DNA from: Octopus vulgaris
Taxonomy: Eukaryota
Assembly: GCA_951406725.2 (NCBI GenBank)
Contig: OX597815.1
Coordinates: 7,254,001-7,318,000 of the forward strand
Length of the DNA: 64,000 bases
Reading direction: 5' to 3'
The translations under genes and the position numbers were made by a program. The notes under the pieces were generated by a model that searched no databases, was not told the DNA's origin, and saw only the letters and a list, made by a program, of their open reading frames with translations. The first letter of the stretch is position 1. Each line of letters starts with the position of its first letter. Of the stretch, positions 55,110-64,000 are shown piece by piece.

Positions 55110-55625
55110 GGGAAACTGATGTAGATATGAGAAGAACGGAAGGATTTATTCTAGCGGCACAAGATCAGAGTCTCCAGACTCGAAACTATGATGTCACACA
55201 CGATGAGCTGATGTCACACACAATGAGGTAAACTCAGTGTAGACTCTGCAATGACAAGCTTGAGAGTATTGGCCACATTGTTGCCGGTTGCTCAGTCTTT
55301 GTCCCTACGGGGTTTAAAAACAGGCAGGATCGAGAGTTGGCCAATATTTGCACTGGGAGCGTATGCCTATTTCTTTATTACCCACAAGGGGCTAAACACA
55401 GAGGGGACAAACAAGGACAGACATAGGTATTAAGTCGATAACATCGACCCCAGTGAGTAACTGGTACTTAATTTATCGACCCCGAAAGGATGAAAGGCAA
55501 AGTCGACCTCGGCGGAGTTTGAACTCAGAACGTAACAGCAGACGAAATACCACTTAGCATTTCGCCCGGCGTGCTAACGTTTCTGCCAGCTCTCCGCCTG
55601 GGAGCGTATGCCGTCACTATGGTGA
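55110..55625 (+). mobile_element. R4/Dong-clade non-LTR retrotransposon fragment (CCHC finger region), split by a SINE
   Basis: TEGFILAAQDQSLQTRNY...CRLCNDKLESIGHIVAGCSVF...RQDR..GQYLHWE, resuming CRHYG after the SINE. Confidence 0.75.
55366..55598 (-). mobile_element. Group A SINE monomer
   Basis: TSD TGGGAGCGTATG at 55354-55365 and 55599-55610. Confidence 0.92.
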
Positions 55626-55693
55626 TTGAAGGTTTGTCGGTTATCATCTGTATGTGCGTGCGTGCATGCGTCCGTCCGTCCGTCCGTCCGTCC

Positions 55694-55725
<32 letters not shown>

Positions 55726-56319
55726 GTGTGTGTGTGCGTGTGTGTGTGCGCGTGCGTGTGTGTGTGTGAGTGTGAGTGTTGCAACTGCTCCGTCCCACCT
55801 GTGTGAATTGTATCCTCACATGTGTACCCTATTGAAGATTCAGCAAACACTCAGTGTCCAGAACACAAATACTTCCCGTCCTATACAATGGCAGAGAAGA
55901 AAGCTAGTCTGCGGGAAAGAGATCGCTTTGGTGTATGTGAGACATTAATGTGTGAACTTAAACATACTCAAAGTCGTAAACCAAGAAAAATTAATTAAAA
56001 TTACACCTTTGTAGAGTGCAATTTTAATTAATGACAAAAATCATTATCCTCGTGATTAACAAGGGGGTGAAAAAAATCATTATTTTAGTGATTAATCCTA
56101 GTCAATCGACAAATGCAGAAAAGACAACCCCGAAATTTGAATTAATCAAAATATATTAAAAATAAAATATAATGAAGAACGAGTGAGCTGTTTGGTAGTA
56201 AGATGAGAACTGTGAACATTAGAGATGTGATGCCATTATATTGGAATTGGTGAGGTCTAGCATTAATGGAAGGCAGTGTAAAAAGGGTAAAGACCCTCTT
56301 AGGTTATGAATGGGTAGAA

Positions 56320-56605
56320 GGTTACCCTCCGAGGCACAAGTGCCGACAAGGTTGTTTATGGAAGACCAGCAGTCACCCATGCATACCAGTCTCCCCTCTC
56401 TACACATCACTGATGTTATCCAAGGGAAAGGCAAAGGGGCCGATACAGCTTGGCACCAGTGATGTCGCAAATTATTTCTACAGATGAGTGAACTGGAACA
56501 ACGTGAAATAAAGTGTCTTGCTCAAGAACACAACACGCAGCCCTGTCCGGGATTCGAACTCACTACCTCATGATTGTGAGCCCGACGCTCCAACCACTGA
56601 GCCGT
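56320..56605 (-). mobile_element. Group C SINE (partial head + M1 + tail W)
   Basis: B box GAGTTCGAATCCC and middle M1 on minus, then a tail not seen in other copies. Confidence 0.7.
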
Positions 56606-56842
56606 ATGTCGTTATTTAATATCCTAGCATGGAGCTGATTGAATAATGCATTATGTCGAAGCAATCAATTTTTTTTCCTTTTAAGCATTGGACATCTAGG
56701 ATTACATTACCCAATGTGTCATTTATAATCCTTAAGACTAAAGATCTGTGTCGCAAAGACATGATATCCTCAGATCAGAAAAGTCGAACTTTTCTGATAA
56801 AGATGTCGCTGCACGGAACTATCAAAATCTATATATATATAA

Positions 56843-57045
56843 AGTTAATCCAAACAAGAAAGCACAAAAAAACACAACAACGCGAGAACGTGGAACAAAT
56901 ATAGTATTATTGGACGCTCAGGAAAGAAGGAAAGAAGGAGGGTTTAACGTTTCGAGCGGAGCTCTTCGTCGGAAACATAGGAAAAGGAAAGATACAAAGA
57001 AGGGAAGACAGAGGGAAAAAATCGCCAACGGTACACACGCGGTCA
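56843..57045 (-). mobile_element. Solo Penelope-type pseudo-LTR fragment in (TA)n with hammerhead-like motif (56942-56976)
   Basis: Close reverse complement of 34796-34985. Confidence 0.6.
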
Positions 57046-57729
57046 CATATATATATATATGCATCTATTCATTTTCGTATGCACACAGATACACACACAC
57101 GCACAAAAGTAAAATGGTCATTATAGGACGGGCTTCCACTCAATTTCCGACAACCATAATTCGCTCACACGTCAGTAGTCGGCCTTACAGCTATAGTAGA
57201 AGTCCTTTACCCGAGTTGCTACGGAGTGGGACCGAACCCGAAACCACATGGCTACAAAGTAAGTTTCTAAACTACACAGTCATACGTATACCTGTATGTT
57301 TGAGAAAGAAAAAAAAAACACACCACGAAACAAGACCAGAAACTAGTATACGGTTTTCAATTTCTTAACGATTATGATTTCTAGTATATCAAAGATGTTA
57401 CATCATAGCGTGATGCCGGGTTCAACGAGTGTATGAACCCCGAGACGTCTTTGGGTCTCACTGTAATGTAACGCTTGGGATCAACGAAAGTTTACGGGCG
57501 TTGGGGTTTACGACAGTTTGTATTTCATGGCAGTTAAAACATGTATGTATGTATGTGCATACGTGTGTGAGTATGTGTGTACGCGTATGTACACACGCAC
57601 ACACACACGCAAACATATATATATTTATTGCCTGCTGGCAACTTTTTTTCTGTTTTGTAAGGGTAATTACCCAAACTTTCTCTGCTGTTTACACAGGTCT
57701 ACTACCTTTTAAAGTTTACGTTCTTGTTT

Positions 57730-57730
57730 G

Positions 57731-57790
<60 letters not shown>

Positions 57791-57938
57791 AAATATAAAT
57801 TACAAGTGTGGACAAGTCTTATAGCGACGAAAATATTTTGAACAATTAAACTTAAATGTTGAAGTGAATCGAACGGCTTTTGTGTGTTTCTTAAATGGCT
57901 TACAAACACCTTCCACGCTGCAATTGGATATATATATA

Positions 57939-57989
<51 letters not shown>

Positions 57990-58048
57990 GTATGTATATA
58001 TATATGTGTGTATGTATATATATATATGTATGTATGTATGTATATATG

Positions 58049-58080
<32 letters not shown>

Positions 58081-58729
58081 CGTACGTATACACCCACGAT
58101 ATAATATAGTACATTGTGTTCAGCACTCCGACTAGACGACACAAGGTCACGAGTGACGATAGGTTAGGCCTCACTGTGGTACAGCACTGTATGTACCTCA
58201 TGATGAATGGGTACGTGGTTATAGGCAAGTTTTGTGCACCAAGCTGACACATGTGTGGGTGTTCACGGATGAGTTCCTTATTTGTACAGGGTTAACGCTT
58301 GAAAAATATAACAGAAAGCCTAATTTGTTTTTTATCAACAACGACCAGTTACTTCAAGTTCGCAGAATGAACTCTTCAAATCCCTTCTCTCTCACGAACT
58401 TTAAACGAGAGAGAAAAACGAGATTTAGAAATCTCGTTTGCGTGAGATTTGATCTGCCAAGAGACAACCCCCATCTGTCATCTTACACAAAATGCAGAAT
58501 GCAAAGATGGTGTATCGTAGAATGTTTATTTTTTTCGGTTTTCGTTTGTATTTCTGTGTTTCTTTGTTTTGTTGGGTGGGTGGGTGGGTGGAGGTGGGTG
58601 GAGGAGTGGGGGTTCGGTGCATTCGACATGTTTTGTGACTAACTAGGCGTAAATAAATAACATAAACTCTGGCTCCAAAATTGAATACTCTTTTTTCCGT
58701 TCATTATAACAAAGGTGTGTGTATATATA

Positions 58730-58787
<58 letters not shown>

Positions 58788-58821
58788 TGTATGTATGTAC
58801 ATATGTATGTATGTATGTATG

Positions 58822-58852
<31 letters not shown>

Positions 58853-58943
58853 ATATCTGTCTGTCTGTCTATCTATCTATCTCTCTCTCTATATATATAT
58901 ATACATATATATATAAATGTATATATATATATATAAACTTACT

Positions 58944-58989
<46 letters not shown>

Positions 58990-59021
58990 CATATATATAT
59001 ATATATAAAAACTTACTTATG

Positions 59022-59104
<83 letters not shown>

Positions 59105-59525
59105 ACACACACATATAACTCAGTATGCGTGAGTGCGTCTGTGTTGCGCCGCCTGCGTGCGTGCGTTGTGTGTAAGTGTTCATTGTGTAAACACTCTCCT
59201 CACCGTTGCACAAAGATAAAAGTTATTTCCAGATATACACGGAATGTAAATTGAGAGCTTATTAGATTACTGAATGACTTCCCCTTCATATTTTCATACC
59301 TGATGCCGACGTAACAAATACAAACACACACACACACACACAAATACACACGTATATATGCATCGGCAGGCATAATCATTTCACCTTTCAAGAAGGAATC
59401 TTTCAAAAGCGCTCCGTAAGCTGGTTTTCTCTAAATGCAGACGAACAAGATACTATAAAAACAAGACTATTATATAATACCACATATCACGTATGTATGC
59501 ATATATACGTATATATATATATGTA

Positions 59526-59614
<89 letters not shown>

Positions 59615-59890
59615 GCATGTATATATATACATATATATATGTTTTATATATATATTAATATAGATATATATAAATATTATATATATATGCATATGAATAT
59701 ATATATATATATATATAGATATATATATGTGTGTGTGTGTGTGTGCATAAATATATATTATATATATATGTGTGTGTGTGTATATATATATATATGTATT
59801 AATATATATATATATATATATATAAATATTTATATATATTAATATGTGTATATTTATATATACTTATATATATAAATTTATATCTATATC

Positions 59891-59937
<47 letters not shown>

Positions 59938-60075
59938 GAAGAGAGAAAGTGAGACAGAGGGAGGGAGGGCGAGAGGGAGAGAGATAAATACAAAACTACA
60001 TACGTACGTTATATATTTATATATATATATATATGCATTCACATTTTACCAGAACACACACGCACACACACACAT

Positions 60076-60150
<75 letters not shown>

Positions 60151-60363
60151 TATATATATGTATTCGCCATGATAGATTACTAGCCACTACACATTCTTTA
60201 TTTTATCTCCTTATTTCTTTCTGTGGAAGAGCGTAGGCTCGAAACGTTAAAGACTTTTTCACTTCCCGAGCGTTAAACTAATACATCTATTTGTTGTCCA
60301 CACCACGTGTCTTCGTCTTTTGTTTTTTAATTCTCCCTATATGTATATATATATATTTATATA

Positions 60364-60438
<75 letters not shown>

Positions 60439-60477
60439 CATATATATATATACATATATATATAAATATGTATATAA

Positions 60478-60521
<44 letters not shown>

Positions 60522-60523
60522 GC

Positions 60524-60578
<55 letters not shown>

Positions 60579-60658
60579 CATTTATATATATATGCACACA
60601 CATATGTATGTATGTATATACGTATGTATGTATGTATGTATGTATGTATGTATGTATG

Positions 60659-60690
<32 letters not shown>
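57730..60690. repeat. (TA)n / (TATG)n microsatellite-dense zone
   Basis: Directly visible; source of the poly-IY ORFs. Confidence 0.92.
60216..60253 (+). ncRNA. Minimal hammerhead-like motif with variant core, inside a 175-bp insert in (TA)n (60164-60338)
   Basis: TCTTT-CTGTGGA-A-GAGC-GTAG-GCTC-GAAA-CG-TT-AAAGA; stems I and II intact. Confidence 0.5.
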
Positions 60691-61005
60691 AGTGCGTGGT
60701 TTAGTGGTTAGGATATTCGGACCACTATCGTAAGATCGTAAGTTCGGTTCCTGGCGGCACGTTTGTCCTCGAGTAAGACACTTTATTTCCCGTTGCTCGA
60801 ATCCGATCAGCTGCCAAAAACCGAATAGTGCCTGCAATTGAAAGGGCCATCCCTTGTCACATTCTGCGTCGTGGTAAATCTCCCACCGAACTACGTTCAG
60901 GTTACGCACATGTGTAGAGTGCTCAGCCACTTACACATTAATTTCACGCACGAGCAGGCTGTACCACAGATCAGATCAGCTGGAATTATCGGCCTCGTAC
61001 CCAAC
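60690..61005 (+). mobile_element. Group C SINE (head + M1 + tail Y), degenerate
   Basis: Colinear with the reverse complement of 16000-16245. Confidence 0.7.
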
Positions 61006-61234
61006 GAATGTCAGTTAATGTATGCATGTATAGAAAGACAGGATGGGGGAAGGAAGGAGAGAGACATGGATGTAGCTGTAGGCTAAAAAGATCTTTGATT
61101 TCCACCCATGTTCTGTGTTATTGCGCACCACCTTGTACAGGTGTTTTGTCCTTTAGTCCCAGGCCGATCCAGGCCTTTTAAGTAGGTTCGGTAGACAAAA
61201 ACTGAAAGAAGCCTGTCGTTTATGTATGTATGTA

Positions 61235-61269
<35 letters not shown>

Positions 61270-61392
61270 GTTCAGCAAAAATTTAGGTTCAGATGAATAT
61301 GGTACTTAAGTTAAAGGCATGAAAAACCGTACGTTAAATGATGACAATGATACATACATACGAATATATATTTACATACACACACACATACA

Positions 61393-61460
<68 letters not shown>

Positions 61461-61625
61461 AATGGAACAAAAACGCGATAGAGGGCATTAAAACTTTCGG
61501 GCAGATAGACGACACAAAGGCAAACAAGAGAAACAACAATTAGTAGAACAGGCAAAAAAAAAAAAAAAGACGGGTCATTCTTGGCTTTCTTTTATCCCAG
61601 AAATCACGACCATTTCGGGCAGTTA

Positions 61626-62181
61626 CACTTGAGATGATTCGATCTGGTTGTCCCCCCCCAAAAAAGTCTAAGCTAAGAGCATTAGACCCCTTTGTAAGAA
61701 TGCTAGCGAATGTGTACGGCAACAAAGACGAAAACAAACAAACAAACAAAAAACAGGAGAACATGGTACACAATTACGAACACAAACAACAAGAAATAAC
61801 AACAGGTGTCTTTCGACTGAGAACGAATCAAATTAACCTGGCGTGTATGAAGTGAAAGCCCTAAAGCAGGAACATGGGAGATAGACACAAGAGGTGATTA
61901 CGGTCGGCAGTCAGGCCAAGAAAGAAAGATCATGGCTGGCCGGACACCGGTCACGTGGAAGGAGGAGAGATGGGTAGGGGAGACCGGGATTGAAGGATTA
62001 GGAAAATAATCAGAGACAAAGAGAAAGGCGCAGGGGAGATAAACAAGTGGAAAATAGTGGCAGTTAAAGAAAGAGAGGGCCACTTGAGATGGTTCGATCT
62101 GGTTGCCCCCCAAAAATGTCCAAGCTAAGAGCATTAGACCCCTTTGTAAGAAAGCTAGCGAATCTGTACAGCAACAAAGAC
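61626..62181. repeat. About 100-bp direct repeat pair
   Basis: CACTTGAGATG..CAACAAAGAC at 61626-61729 and 62081-62181. Confidence 0.8.
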
Positions 62182-62228
62182 AATATAGATAGATAGATGG
62201 ATAGAGAGAGAGAGAGAGAGAGAGAGAG

Positions 62229-62331
<103 letters not shown>

Positions 62332-62442
62332 TACATACATACACGCATGCATACATGCATATATACATATACATACATATATACATACATACATACATAC
62401 ATACATACATACATACATACATGCATATATACATATACATAC

Positions 62443-62504
<62 letters not shown>

Positions 62505-63180
62505 ATCCAAGAATGGAGGTTGCGGTATTACATTTACCCCTTCATTACGATCGTTTCAACAACTCGCAGTTCAATGACACGTAGTATCAGAGCGCGCGCA
62601 CACAGGTGCATTTGATTGCCTAATATTACAACATATCACATATGATCTATGTTCGTCTCATAAGACAAGGGTAAAAGAAGCGTTATTGCTAGGACATGAC
62701 AATATGATATTCAATGGAGACGCTGTGTGTATTCGCTGCCTCTGTCCGGTGTTTCAATGTTAGTTTTCTTCAGCAAATTTCTGGCTGAAACAGGTCATTC
62801 GTACTCTCTTCTCATAATGTGTCCATTTGGATATCAAGGCTGAAACACCCATCAACCAGCTTCGCCGGTTTGTCGATCCAGCCGCTGACAATACTGGGTC
62901 AGCGGAACAGATTTGTTCTGTAGGTGCCGAACTGCAAGCCCATCGACCAGTCCGGGTTGGATTTGCTCGTCATTGCCTCCGGTTCCTTATGAATGGTGCT
63001 GATCATTTGAATTTCGTACCGTCCGACACCATTACGACGGCGTTGTTGCCATATACCTACACAGCTTTCCTGTGCCACAGTTCAAACTGGATGTCCTTTT
63101 GCACCTCTACTTGCTGCGGTGGTGACTCGAGAGTTAGTACATGGATTTGAGACGAAAGAGCAAACTGTTTGGCTATGTAA

Positions 63181-63384
63181 GCCGATGCGCGATCCTTTGT
63201 CGAGAACAGTGTCGGTCGGGAGTTTGACTGGGGCGGTACGTCTGTCAAACGGTAACGCAGGTGTCCCAAGGCGATCTCAGCGTGGACGGAAACCACACGT
63301 CGAGCAAAAGGGCAAAAGCTCGCTCGATCTCGATTTTCAGTACGAATACGAACCGCGAAAGCGTGGCCCATCGATCCTTTCCGA
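63181..63384 (+). rRNA. Isolated eukaryotic 28S (LSU) rRNA fragment, domain V region (pseudogene)
   Basis: GGGAGTTTGACTGGGGCGGTAC..CTGTCAAACGGTAACGCAGGTGTCC..AAGGGCAAAAGCTCGCT..GATTTTCAGTACGAATAC are conserved LSU motifs; no continuation of rDNA recognised upstream. Confidence 0.9.
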
Positions 63385-63385
63385 A

Positions 63386-64000
63386 GGCGGCGAGCTGGCA
63401 GAAACGTTAGCACGCCGGGCGAATTGCGTAGCCGTATTTCGTCTGTCGTTACGTTCTGCGTTCAAATTCCGCCGAGGTCAACTTTGCCTTTCATCCTTTC
63501 GGGGTCGATAAATTAAGTACCAGTTACGCACTGGGGTCGATGTAATCGACTTAATACCTATGTATGTCCTTGTTTGTCCCCTCTATGTTTAGCCCCTAGT
63601 GGGTAATAAAGAAATACGTATTTCGTCTGCTGTTACGTTCTGCGTTCAAATTCCGCCGAGGTCAACTTTGGCTTTCATCCTTTCGGGGTCGATAAATAAA
63701 GTACCGGTTACGCACTGGGGTCGATGTAATCGACTTGATCCCTTTGTCTGTCCTTGTTTGTCCCCTCTATGTTTAGGCCCTTGTGGGTAATAAAGAAATA
63801 CGTATTTCGTCTGCCGTTACGTTCTGCGTTCAAATTCCGCCGAGGTCAACTTTGCCTTTCATCCTTTCGGGGTCGATAAATTAAGTACCATTTACGCACT
63901 GGGGTCGATGTAATCGACTTAATACCTATGTATGTCCTTGTTTGTCCCCTCTATGTTTAGCCCCTAGTGGGTAATAAAGAAATACGTATTTCGTCTGCTG
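63386..64000 (+). mobile_element. Group A SINE: head plus at least 3 bodies, running off the window
   Basis: Full head GGCGGCGAGCTGGCAGAAACGTTAGCACGCCGGGCG, 184-bp period, array-private variants. Confidence 0.92.

Noticed and set aside
62827-63150. GC-richer 107-aa ORF upstream of the 28S fragment
   Set aside because: No recognisable motif in any frame; left unassigned.

Overview
This is repeat-saturated, AT-rich animal genomic DNA, intergenic or deep intronic. It most likely comes from an octopod cephalopod, inferred from the SINE families and the extreme microsatellite density. I found no intact host protein-coding gene, and almost every long ORF in the track is a microsatellite or antisense artefact. 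The window holds three tRNA-derived SINE groups. Group A occurs as one head plus 1-4 tandem 184-bp bodies, always joined at the same nucleotide, at about 11 loci. It also holds five non-autonomous Helitrons and decayed Tc1/mariner elements (DD37D, DD41D and a fold-back mariner). Retroelement remnants include a Ty3/Gypsy gag-pol, plus Penelope, CR1/L2, R4/Dong and L1/Tx1 fragments. Four minimal hammerhead-ribozyme-like motifs are present, three with non-canonical cores but covarying stems, along with an isolated 28S rRNA fragment. The best leads are the fixed-junction multimeric SINE, its probable L1/Tx1-type partner tail, the variant hammerheads, and the module shuffling among SINEs and Helitrons. 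All family assignments come from motifs read by eye, with no database search.
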